Position numbers and translations under genes: made by a program
Part shown: positions 22,345 through 30,483 of the stretch, piece after piece
Numbering within the stretch: the stretch's first letter is position 1
Layout: each line of letters begins with the position of its first letter
Notes under the pieces: model-generated
The model's database searches: none
What the model saw: only the letters and a program-made list of their open reading frames with translations
What the model was told of the DNA's origin: nothing
Origin: Dehalococcoidia bacterium
Lineage (GTDB): Bacteria; Chloroflexota; Dehalococcoidia; Lucifugimonadales; UBA3495
DNA length: 41,334 nt
Direction: 5' to 3'
Assembly: GCA_022823105.1 (NCBI GenBank)
Contig: JAJDXU010000005.1
Span: forward strand, 1-41,334

Positions 22345-23148
22345 ATGCGCGTGACCGACCCCAACCGACCGGCCGACTTTCCAGGCTGGTCGGCTTTTTT
22401 TGGTGCCGGCGCGGGCGAATCGGGGATTCTCCTGCTGCTCGATTTCGACGGCACTCTCTCTGAGATCGTCGAGAATCCCGACGCGGCGGAGTTGCGCCCA
22501 GGCAACGCTCAAACGCTCGATAAATTGAGTCGCAAGCCCCGGCTCACCGTGGGGATCGTCAGCGGGCGTTCACTCCAGGACGTGGCTGATCGCATCGCGC
22601 TTTCCAACCTCATCTACGCCGGCAATCACGGCATGGAAATCAAGGGGCCCGGCATCCGGTATCTTCATCCCGAAGTCGCGGCTGCCGTCCCTGGTTTGCA
22701 GGAGATCAGGTCCAGGGTGAGCACGGCCCTCGCCGGCATACCCGGAGTGCAGGTGGAGGACAAGACACTGACACTGACCGTGCATTACCGGCGGGCTCCG
22801 GCCAGGTACCATGAGGAGGTTGAATCCATAGTCAGGTCGGTTGCGCATCCCGAAACGTCAACGGATCAATACAGGATCACGTACGCCAAGGCCGCCATCG
22901 AAGTGAGGCCCGCGGTGGACTGGCACAAGGGCAGGGCGCTGGAATTCATCAGGTCGCGGCTCGCCGCCCGAGCGTACACGATCTACATCGGCGACGACCG
23001 GACGGATGAGGACGCTTTCGAGGCGGCCCAGGCGGCGGGTGGCTGCGGAATTTTCGTGGGTCCCGCCGACGCCCCCAGCTGCGCCCGGTACCGGTTGGAG
23101 TCACCGGCGGCGGTGAGCGCCGTCCTGGCCGACCTGTCTTTGCGTTAG
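22345..23148 (+). CDS. otsB: HAD-IIB trehalose-phosphatase (OtsB-like)
   Basis: 267 aa with LLLLDFDGTLSEIV (DxDGT motif I), VSGRS, GNHGMEI and YIGDDRTDEDAF. The exact start is uncertain (ATG 22345 or GTG 22351). Confidence 0.8.
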   Translation: MRVTDPNRPADFPGWSAFFGAGAGESGILLLLDFDGTLSEIVENPDAAELRPGNAQTLDKLSRKPRLTVGIVSGRSLQDVADRIALSNLIYAGNHGMEIKGPGIRYLHPEVAAAVPGLQEIRSRVSTALAGIPGVQVEDKTLTLTVHYRRAPARYHEEVESIVRSVAHPETSTDQYRITYAKAAIEVRPAVDWHKGRALEFIRSRLAARAYTIYIGDDRTDEDAFEAAQAAGGCGIFVGPADAPSCARYRLESPAAVSAVLADLSLR

Positions 23149-23308
23149 TCTCCGGAACGCCGGCCGGCTTTGTTGGGGGTCGTCCTCGCTCACTGGGCGA
23201 ACTGCCGGTTGATGTGGGGCAATCACGGCAAGGTTGTTGTGCTATTATTGGCGGCGTCCGGCTTGGAGCCATCGGGCTACTTTCTCGAACCGGCGCAGTT
23301 TTCACCCA

Positions 23309-24019
23309 ATGATCGACGCTATTTTCTTTGATTTTTACAACACTCTGGTACGTTTCTGGCCCCCTCTGCCCCAGATTCAGCACGCCGCCTGCCAGAACCT
23401 GGGCATCCGAGTACCTCCTGATCAGCTGGCGCGCGGGTACGCCATAGCGGACCTCTACTTCAATGAAGAGAACCATCGCCTGCCCCTCGGTGACCGCGAC
23501 GCCGCCGACCGCGACGCGTTCTTCGCCCGCTACGAGCAGATTATCCTCGAGGAAGCGGGAGTTGCCGTTTCGCTGCGCATGGCCAAGCAGATCTGGGACA
23601 TGGCGATATCCGTTCCCAAAGAGCTGGTCGAGTTCGAGGAAACGCGGCCCGTTCTGGCGGAGCTCAAATCGCGCGGGTACCGGCTGGCCGTCCTGACCAA
23701 TCTGCGTCGGGACATGGAACAACTCACCAGGCAGTTGGGAATCCATGAGTACCTGGAGTTTTCCATCACCGGGCGCGAGGTCAGCGAGAAGCCGGCAACG
23801 GCGATATTCGAAGCCGGCCTGAAACGCATGGCGGTGCGGCCTGATCGTGCCATGCACGTAGGAGACCAGCCGCGTTCCGACGTCGAGGGAGCGCGGGAGG
23901 CCGGGCTCTATCCGGTCCTGATCGACCGGGGAGGATTCCACGCCGACGTGGTTGGCTGCGACCATATCGACAGCCTGGAAGGGCTCTATCCGTTGCTGGA
24001 CCGGCTCGCCACCTGCTGA
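23309..24019 (+). CDS. HAD-superfamily hydrolase, subfamily IA, with a DxYxT motif I
   Basis: Track ORF trimmed to ATG 23309. The product starts MIDAIFFDFYNTLV, with Tyr at the second-Asp position as in haloacid-dehalogenase-type HADs. It also has LAVLTN, EKP and HVGDQPRSDV. Substrate unknown. Confidence 0.75.
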   Translation: MIDAIFFDFYNTLVRFWPPLPQIQHAACQNLGIRVPPDQLARGYAIADLYFNEENHRLPLGDRDAADRDAFFARYEQIILEEAGVAVSLRMAKQIWDMAISVPKELVEFEETRPVLAELKSRGYRLAVLTNLRRDMEQLTRQLGIHEYLEFSITGREVSEKPATAIFEAGLKRMAVRPDRAMHVGDQPRSDVEGAREAGLYPVLIDRGGFHADVVGCDHIDSLEGLYPLLDRLATC

Positions 24020-24057
24020 CCACGGACCAAACATCACTCTGCAATCGGGGAGGCATC

Positions 24058-24717
24058 ATGATGACCCAGACGCCCGCTCACAACCATCCCGGAGACGCCA
24101 ACCCGGTACACGTGATCGTTTGGTACGACTACGTTTGACCCTGGTGCTACGTCGGCCTGGAACGCGTCGACAAACTGGCGGAAGAATATCCCATCACCGT
24201 GGAAGGGCGGGCATACCTGTTGCGCCCCGACACTCCCGCCGAGGGCCGGGTGCGCGAACCCCGGCCGGGCGAAACGGACGATGAACTGTCCGACCCATTG
24301 CGGACCCACGCCCGTGAGGCAAACATCGTAATGCGCCCGCCGCGCTATACGCCCAACAGCCTGAATTCCCTGCAGGCCACTGAGTACGCCCAGGAGCACG
24401 GCAAGTTCCTGGAATATCATCACGCCGCGTACGAAGCGTATTGGGACCGCAGGGAGAACCTGGGCGACACGTCGGTGCTCGCCGACATCGGAAACAGCGT
24501 GGGCCTGGACGGCGCGGAACTGAAGGAGCGCGTCGAGTCCGGGCACTACGCCCAGCGCGTGGTTGACCAGTATCACGAGGCCCTGGGTTACGGGATCCGC
24601 GGAATTCCCACCTTCGTGTTGGACAATCTCCTGTTCACCGGCGCCCAACCCTACGAGGTGTTCCAGAGGGTGATGGACAAGGCCCTGGAGAACCGGGAGT
24701 CCGGCGAGTCCCAGTAA
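24058..24717 (+). CDS. DsbA/FrnE-like thiol:disulfide oxidoreductase with in-frame TGA at the first active-site Cys (candidate selenoprotein, U-P-W-C)
   Basis: ATG 24058 is preceded by GGGGAGG (24047..24053). The frame reads MMTQTPAHNHPGDANPVHVIVWYDYV-TGA(24136..24138)-PWCYVGLERVDKL..., continuous with track ORF 24199..24717 (...GIRGIPTFVLDNLLFTGAQPYEVF...). The gene terminates with TAA. Confidence 0.7.
24151..24171 (+). promoter_or_regulatory. candidate bacterial SECIS hairpin
   Basis: GTCGGC (24151..24156) pairs with GTCGAC (24166..24171): 6 bp including one G-U. The loop is CUGGAACGC. The stem begins 12 nt after the TGA, and the loop GG lies about 21 nt downstream of it. Confidence 0.45.
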
Positions 24718-24739
24718 GCCGGGAGATTGGACCGAACCG

Positions 24740-24775
24740 GGCGGCGGATTGAACCCAATCCGCCGCCTCTTGCTG
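24740..24775 (+). terminator. rho-independent terminator after the DsbA-like gene
   Basis: Perfect 11-bp stem GGCGGCGGATT (24740..24750) / AATCCGCCGCC (24757..24767) with a 6-nt loop, followed by TCTTGCTGTG. The U tract is weak. Confidence 0.6.
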
Positions 24776-24892
24776 TGCTAACGCCCTTCGCCTGACCCCG
24801 GCCCGGGCCGGAGCGATCCGTGTCGGTGCTGCGCATCCGCATGGCGGGTGAGACCGCACGCCAGGACCATTCGATTATCCACACGCACCGAT

Positions 24893-25071
24893 GTAGTCCG
24901 CTCATGGTGCGGAACGTCCGCCCACGCCAGGAGCCTGCCGAATATTCGCGTCGGGTAGCGTAGTCCGCTCATGGTGCGGAACGTCCGCCCACGGCGGGAG
25001 CCTGCCGGATATTCGCGTCGGGTAGCGTAGTCCGCTCATGGTGCGGAACGTCCGCCCACGGCGGGAGCCTG
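24893..25071. repeat. 67-nt tandem repeat, 2.7 copies
   Basis: Copies occupy 24893..24959, 24960..25026 and 25027..25071 (partial). Copies 1 and 2 differ at 3 positions. Each unit contains TCCGC-N7-GCGGA-ACG-TCCGC. Copy 1 has the 10-bp palindrome CGAATATTCG (24939..24948). Confidence 0.9.
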
Positions 25072-25254
25072 TCGAACCACGAGCGGACGGTCCGCTTACC
25101 AATATCCAGGACGGTATTTGCTGCTCGGCTGATCAGACAACCGCATGACCCTGGGCCGCACGCCCATTTCGTTGCCCGCCGGGTTCACCTTGTGCTAGAC
25201 TTGCGACGGCAGAATCCCTTTGTAATAGTTTTCACAATCTGACGGACCCGACCG

Positions 25255-25734
25255 ATGGATGCCGATACCCGGTCCCTGATCAGCGACGCAGTCAATAATC
25301 AGCCGCAATCCACCGTGACCGTACTGTCCTCGTTGCTGGCCATCGAGGACGCAATCGGATACATCCCGAAAGAAGCGGTGGAAGCCGTTGCGCTGCGCAT
25401 GGACGCGACCATCAACGACGTCTGGGCGGTCGCCACCTTCTACCCCAACTTCCGGTTCGACCCGCCCACGGAACACCGGATCGAGGTCTGCTGGGGGCCA
25501 TCCTGCCACGTCATGGGGGCCGACCGCATAATCACCGCGGCCCAGGATGCGCTCAACCTCACCGACGAAGGGGACACGCCGGATGGCAGGGCGACGTTGC
25601 GCTACAACACTTGCCTGGGCGCCTGCGCGCACGCTCCGGTCATGGCAATCGACCACCACCTGGCCGGTCGCATCACCCCCGAATCCGCCCAACAGAAAAT
25701 AGCGGACGCTCTGCATTCCGCCGCCTCTCACTGA
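25255..25734 (+). CDS. NuoE/FdsG-like [2Fe-2S] thioredoxin-like ferredoxin subunit
   Basis: 159 aa with Cys pattern CWGPSCHVMGA...CLGACAHAPVMAID, typical of the complex I 24-kDa subunit family. Confidence 0.88.
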   Translation: MDADTRSLISDAVNNQPQSTVTVLSSLLAIEDAIGYIPKEAVEAVALRMDATINDVWAVATFYPNFRFDPPTEHRIEVCWGPSCHVMGADRIITAAQDALNLTDEGDTPDGRATLRYNTCLGACAHAPVMAIDHHLAGRITPESAQQKIADALHSAASH

Positions 25735-25747
25735 TCCGGCGGTTCCC

Positions 25748-27505
25748 TTGGCTACACCGACTGCTTCCAATTTCGAGCCCATCCTGGCTGAGGCGCAGCG
25801 CCGATGGCAGGACCTTACCAACGGCGACCGCCCGTGGATCCGCATAGGCACCGGTTTGGCCGGCGAGGCCGCCGGCGGGTTTGAGGTCGTCGCAGCCACC
25901 AAGTCGGTGCTGGAAGAACGCCAGATACAGGCGACCGTGTCGGAAGTGGGCACCCTGGGCCTTTGCTTCGCGGAACCCCTGCTGGATGTGCAGATGCCGG
26001 GCGGGGTGCGGGTGTTTTACCAGAACGTCACCCCGCAGATTGCCCAGCGCATTGTCAGCCAGCACGTATCCGGCGGCGAACCCATCCCGGAGCACGCGAT
26101 TGGATACCTGGGCGACCGCGCCCAGGCTCCCGACGGCATCCCTCACCTGGACGACCATCCCATGCGCGCGCTGGAACAGCGCATCGCCCTCCGCAACGCC
26201 GGAAACATCGACCCGTCGGACCTGTACCAGTACATCGCCAACGGCGGGTACTCCGCGCTGAACAAGGCCCTGTCGGAAATGTCACCCGACGAGGCGCGGC
26301 AGGAGGTGGTCACCTCCGGTTTGAGAGGACGCGGAGGTGCCGCGTTCCCGGCCGGCGTGAAGTGGGGGTTCCTGGCCGGCAATCCCGACCCCAACAAATA
26401 CATCCTGTGCAACTGCGAAGAGGGCGACCCCGGCGCTTTCAACGACCGCGGGATCCTCGAAAGCGACCCCGCAACCGTTGTCGAGGGCATCACCATCGCC
26501 GGCTACGCATGCAACGCCAACCGGGGTTATATCTTCATCCGCCATGGACACAACCAGCCCATCGACCGGACGCGCGCGGTCATCGAGCAGGCCTACGAAC
26601 TGGGACTGTTGGGCGAGAATATCCTGGGCAGCGGTTTCTCCTTCGACGTCGAGGTCGCCCTCACCGGCGACTCCTACGTGTCCGGCGAGGAAACCGCCCT
26701 GATGGAGGCCATCGAGGGCAAACGTTCCATGCCTCGCTACCGGCCCCCGTTCCCGGCGCAGGTGGGCGTATTCGGAAAGCCCTCCAACATCAACAACGTC
26801 AAGACCCTGGCCTACGTTCCCGAGATCGTCGCCCGGGGAGGCGAGTGGTTCGCCAGCATCGGAACGTCGGCAGACCCCGACCGGCGCATCAACGGCAGCA
26901 GCGGCACGGCGATCCTCTGCCTGTCCGGCGACATCACCTACCCGGGCCTGATCGAGGTACCGCTGGGCATGACGCTCAGGCAGGTCCTGTTCGACATGGC
27001 CGGCGGCGTTCCCAATGGCAAACGCATGAAGCTGCTGCAGACCGGCGGCCCCCTGGGCGGAGTGCTCTCAGCCAGCGATACGAACCTGGACCTGGTGCTT
27101 GATTTCGACGTGTTTCGCGCGGCGGGCGCCATCCTCGGGTCCGGCGGGATAATCGTGTGCGACGAGGACACGTGCGCCGTTGACCTCACCCGCAACCTGA
27201 TCGCTTTTTGCCAGTACGAGTCCTGCGGCAAGTGCTTCCCCTGTCGCATGGGGATGAGCCACCTCCTCGAGGTGCTGGAGCGCATCAGCAACCTGGAAGG
27301 CACCGAGGAAGACCTGGCGTTGATGCGCAACATAGGCGAAAACATGCAGGCCGGGTCCCTCTGCGGCCACGGGCAACTGGGATTCAACCCGGTGTCGTCG
27401 GCCCTGCGCTATTTCGGCGACGAGTTTGAGGCGCACATCAGGGACAAACGGCACACCGGCGACTGCCCGGAGCAGGTCTATTCGCCGAGACTCACGCGTC
27501 GCTAG
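25748..27505 (+). CDS. NuoF/FdsB-like NAD(H)-binding FMN/[4Fe-4S] subunit with an extra N-terminal domain
   Basis: 585 aa with a TTG start. It has GLRGRGGAAFPAGVKWGF (FMN/NADH site) and ESCGKCFPCRMG...SLCGHG (N3-type cluster). About 140 additional N-terminal residues are present, as in soluble FdsB/HoxF-type proteins. Confidence 0.88.
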   Translation: MATPTASNFEPILAEAQRRWQDLTNGDRPWIRIGTGLAGEAAGGFEVVAATKSVLEERQIQATVSEVGTLGLCFAEPLLDVQMPGGVRVFYQNVTPQIAQRIVSQHVSGGEPIPEHAIGYLGDRAQAPDGIPHLDDHPMRALEQRIALRNAGNIDPSDLYQYIANGGYSALNKALSEMSPDEARQEVVTSGLRGRGGAAFPAGVKWGFLAGNPDPNKYILCNCEEGDPGAFNDRGILESDPATVVEGITIAGYACNANRGYIFIRHGHNQPIDRTRAVIEQAYELGLLGENILGSGFSFDVEVALTGDSYVSGEETALMEAIEGKRSMPRYRPPFPAQVGVFGKPSNINNVKTLAYVPEIVARGGEWFASIGTSADPDRRINGSSGTAILCLSGDITYPGLIEVPLGMTLRQVLFDMAGGVPNGKRMKLLQTGGPLGGVLSASDTNLDLVLDFDVFRAAGAILGSGGIIVCDEDTCAVDLTRNLIAFCQYESCGKCFPCRMGMSHLLEVLERISNLEGTEEDLALMRNIGENMQAGSLCGHGQLGFNPVSSALRYFGDEFEAHIRDKRHTGDCPEQVYSPRLTRR

Positions 27506-27558
27506 TCGGTTGCCATGCGAACCTTGCCGGCCTATGCAACCGCGGATTAGGAGCATCC

Positions 27559-30405
27559 ATGCCTGACGACATTACCATCTCGATAGACGGGGTGGAAATC
27601 AGGACGCAACCCGGGAAGATGGTCCTTGAAGCGGCCATCGATGCCGGGGTGTATGTCCCCTATCTCTGCTATCACTCGGGCATGAAACCGTACGCGGCAT
27701 GCCGCATGTGCGTGGTGGTCGCGGAAAATGAGCGGGGCCGTGTGCCGGGATTCCCGGCCGCCTGCACCCTGGCGGCCACCGACGGCATGACCGTCTGGAG
27801 CGAAACCCCCGACGTGAACGAACTGCGCCGCTCCGTCATGCAGATGCTCATCGCCGAGCACCCCAACGGCTGCCTGACCTGCCACCGGGTGGAAATCTGC
27901 GGGCCGTCCGATGTCTGCCTCCGGCACGTTTCCGTCAACGACCGTTGCGTCACGTGCCCCAAGAACGAGCGTTGCGAGTTCAAGGACACCGTCCGCTATC
28001 TGGGGATGGAACTGGAATCCCCCATGACCTACATGTACCGGGACATCCCGCTGGAGGTCAGCGACCCGTTCTACGACCGGGATTACAACCTCTGCATCAC
28101 CTGCGGACGTTGCGTCCGCGTCTGCGAAGAAGTGCGCGGCGACAGCGCGATCTGTTTCACCGAGCGGTCTGGCAAGGCGCTGGTGGGAACGTCATTCGGA
28201 ACCTCCCTGCTGGAATCCGGGTGCGAATTCTGCGGCGCGTGCCTGGACGTGTGTCCGGTGGGCGCGCTCACCGAACGGGAAAACAAGTGGGAGAAGGCCG
28301 CCACCGTGCAGCGAACCATCTGCACCCACTGCCCGGTGGGATGCCAGATGAACCTGGAAATCAACCAGCAGGGTCGGGTGATCCGGGCTATCCCGGAGTA
28401 CAATTCCCCGGCAAACCACGGGCAGGCCTGCTACAAGGGCAAGTTCGGCTTGAGCCACCTGACCAGTGGCGACCGGCTGCGCCGTCCGATGATCAGGCGC
28501 AACGGGATCCTTGAGCCGGCGACGTGGGACGAAGCGTTGGACCTCGTTACGGAACGGCTGCGACCGCACCAATCGGGAACCGGGTTCGGCCTGATCACGG
28601 CGGCGGACAGCACCAACGAGGAATTTTACCTGGCGCAGAAGTTCGCCCACATCGGGATGCAGACCCACAACCTGGACCACTCCGGCAACGTCCAGCCGGA
28701 CCTGACTCGTGGGCTCGAGGATGTGCTGGGATACCCGGGAGCCACCAATTCGATCTGGGAACTGAAGGACTCCGATTGCATCCTCGTTTTCAACACCAAC
28801 CTGACCGAGAGCCACAACGTTGTCGGCGTCCCCATCAAGCAGGCCGCAATGAGCGGCGTCCCGCTGATCGTGATCGACACACGCGAGGTTGAACTCACCC
28901 GTTACGCGCATCTGTGGCTCAGGCCAACCCCCGGCGCCGAGCTGCTGCTCATCGGGGCAATCCTGAAAACCGTGCTGGACGAAGGCTTGGTGGACGCCGA
29001 GTGGATGGCGGACAACGTGGACGACCACGACACTCTGCTCTACGAACTGGAGCGGATTGACGATGAAGCCATCGCGTCCACCGGCGTTCCGCGCGACGAC
29101 ATCGTGCAGGCTGCCCGCCTGTACGCCACTGCCGGCAACGCGGCCATCGTTTACGGCCTGGACAACGTGCCCGCCGCCGTCACCCGAGATTGCGTCGTCG
29201 CGCTGTGCGACCTGGCGCTTTTCACCGGCAACGTGGGGCAAGCTGGAGGCGGCCTGTTCCCCATGAGGCAGGGCGCCAACACGCAGGGAGCCACCGACAT
29301 CGGTTGCATACCCAACCGGCTGCCCGGCGGCGGCCCGCTGTTCGATGACAGCAACCGGGCCCGTGTCGAGGAGATCTGGGGAGCGCCGCTGCCCCCGCCG
29401 CGACACAGCATGGGCGTCGGAGAGATGCTGGACGCCGCCACGTCCGGCGATATAAAGTCCATGATCGTCGTCGGCGACAGCCCGAACTTCACCAACGGCC
29501 TGCTGGGCGACGGCCTCGCCGCGCTGGAGCGACTGGACTTCCTGGTCGTAATGGACACGTTCCTCACGCAGCCGGCTCAGATCGCGGACGTGGTGCTGCC
29601 CCGAGTGACCTTCGCGGAGAAGGACGGGACATTCACCAACATCGAAAGGCGCATCCAGCGAGTCCGGCCGGCGGTGTCGGTGCGGAACAACGACGCGAAA
29701 CCCGAGGGTTGGGTTTTCGAGCAGTTGGCCCGGCGGTTGGGCATAGATGGCATCAGCTACGACGATCCGGCAGCGTTGATGGACGAGATCGCCTCGGTAA
29801 CCCAGCACTACGGCGGCATCAGCTATGACCGGTTGGCCCGGGAATCTTCCCTGGTGATGCAGACCGGGGTCGAATCTCCACGGCCCACCCAGATCCTCTA
29901 CACCTCCCGCGAGGAACGCGGAATCCAGTGGCCGTGCCCGGCCTCCGACAGCCCGTCCTCGCCGGTCCTTTACGCCGACGGCTTCCCCAACGGCAAAGCC
30001 GAACCGGGCGCCCCGCGATTCCGGGTTATCGATTGGGAGACGGAGCCGGAATATCCCGCCCTGCTGGTACCCGGCCGGGTCCTGCTGCAGCAGGAACGCG
30101 ACACCACCATCGAGCACGGTGACCTCAACCGGATCGTCCGGGACGAAGAGGTGCAACTCAACCCTCAGGACGCGGCAGAGTGGGACCTGGCCGAAGGCGA
30201 TGCCGTCGTGGTCGTCACGTCCACCAGACGAATCACCGGCGCCGTCAGAGCGAGCGCGTCCGTTCCGCGCGGGGCAGTGGCCATCACCACGCTTTTCGGG
30301 GAACTGGCCGTCGAGTTGCAGATGTCCGAAGACGTGAACCCCATGGCGCGAGTGCCGGGGCTCCAGATTGAACCCTGCCGTGTGGAAAAGCTGGTGACGG
30401 CTTAG
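27559..30405 (+). CDS. NuoG/FdhA-like Fe-S plus molybdopterin-oxidoreductase-fold subunit lacking the Cys/Sec Mo ligand
   Basis: 948 aa. It has an N-terminal 2Fe-2S ferredoxin fold (CYHSG...CRMC), several CxxCxxC clusters (CITCGRCVRVC, CEFCGACLDVCP) and the MopB-domain cluster CTHCPVGC...CYKGKF. The expected active-site segment reads HNLDHSGNVQPDLTRGL, with no Cys and no TGA. Confidence 0.85.
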   Translation: MPDDITISIDGVEIRTQPGKMVLEAAIDAGVYVPYLCYHSGMKPYAACRMCVVVAENERGRVPGFPAACTLAATDGMTVWSETPDVNELRRSVMQMLIAEHPNGCLTCHRVEICGPSDVCLRHVSVNDRCVTCPKNERCEFKDTVRYLGMELESPMTYMYRDIPLEVSDPFYDRDYNLCITCGRCVRVCEEVRGDSAICFTERSGKALVGTSFGTSLLESGCEFCGACLDVCPVGALTERENKWEKAATVQRTICTHCPVGCQMNLEINQQGRVIRAIPEYNSPANHGQACYKGKFGLSHLTSGDRLRRPMIRRNGILEPATWDEALDLVTERLRPHQSGTGFGLITAADSTNEEFYLAQKFAHIGMQTHNLDHSGNVQPDLTRGLEDVLGYPGATNSIWELKDSDCILVFNTNLTESHNVVGVPIKQAAMSGVPLIVIDTREVELTRYAHLWLRPTPGAELLLIGAILKTVLDEGLVDAEWMADNVDDHDTLLYELERIDDEAIASTGVPRDDIVQAARLYATAGNAAIVYGLDNVPAAVTRDCVVALCDLALFTGNVGQAGGGLFPMRQGANTQGATDIGCIPNRLPGGGPLFDDSNRARVEEIWGAPLPPPRHSMGVGEMLDAATSGDIKSMIVVGDSPNFTNGLLGDGLAALERLDFLVVMDTFLTQPAQIADVVLPRVTFAEKDGTFTNIERRIQRVRPAVSVRNNDAKPEGWVFEQLARRLGIDGISYDDPAALMDEIASVTQHYGGISYDRLARESSLVMQTGVESPRPTQILYTSREERGIQWPCPASDSPSSPVLYADGFPNGKAEPGAPRFRVIDWETEPEYPALLVPGRVLLQQERDTTIEHGDLNRIVRDEEVQLNPQDAAEWDLAEGDAVVVVTSTRRITGAVRASASVPRGAVAITTLFGELAVELQMSEDVNPMARVPGLQIEPCRVEKLVTA

Positions 30406-30483
30406 CATGTGCGTTCCCGCTGGCCGGAGTTATGCGCCGCCCGCGTGGCTTGAGCGAACTACTGTCGACCGAATGGAGTTACT

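Noticed and set aside
20952-22505. 517-aa minus-strand ORF
   Set aside because: It is antisense to otsA and the start of otsB. The product has no recognisable motifs, which is typical of a GC-rich shadow ORF.
23234-23308. Upstream extension of the HAD gene (TTG 23234) and of the PfkB, HAD and DUF192 ORFs (39680, 37319, 39001)
   Set aside because: The extensions lack family homology and overlap upstream genes or intergenic promoters. Internal ATGs with Shine-Dalgarno-like sequences give canonical N-termini.
24136-24138. TGA as a reassigned sense codon (Trp or Gly genetic codes), explaining the two in-frame TGAs
   Set aside because: TGA clearly terminates many conserved genes in this window (rplQ, secY, rpsE, rplR, rplD, rplN), and the genome is GC-rich. 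Both in-frame TGAs fall precisely on a redox Cys, which fits Sec rather than Trp or Gly.
24893-25071. Possible CRISPR array (regularly repeated sequence of about 34 nt with intervening segments)
   Set aside because: The would-be spacers are nearly identical to each other. The structure is a simple 67-nt tandem repeat with 2.7 copies, and there are no cas genes in the window.
24778-25102. Minus-strand ORFs 24778..24972 and 24902..25102 encoding the repeated peptide MSGLRYPTRI.GRL..WADVPHHERTT
   Set aside because: They are read-throughs of the 67-nt repeat, whose period is not divisible by 3. The same unit is therefore read in shifting frames, and there is no RBS or homology signal.
28192-30408. 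738-aa minus-strand ORF, and similarly 32634..33722 and 25195..25953
   Set aside because: These are shadow ORFs antisense to the FdhA-like gene, mutS and the NuoE/NuoF-like genes, all of which have strong family motifs on the plus strand.
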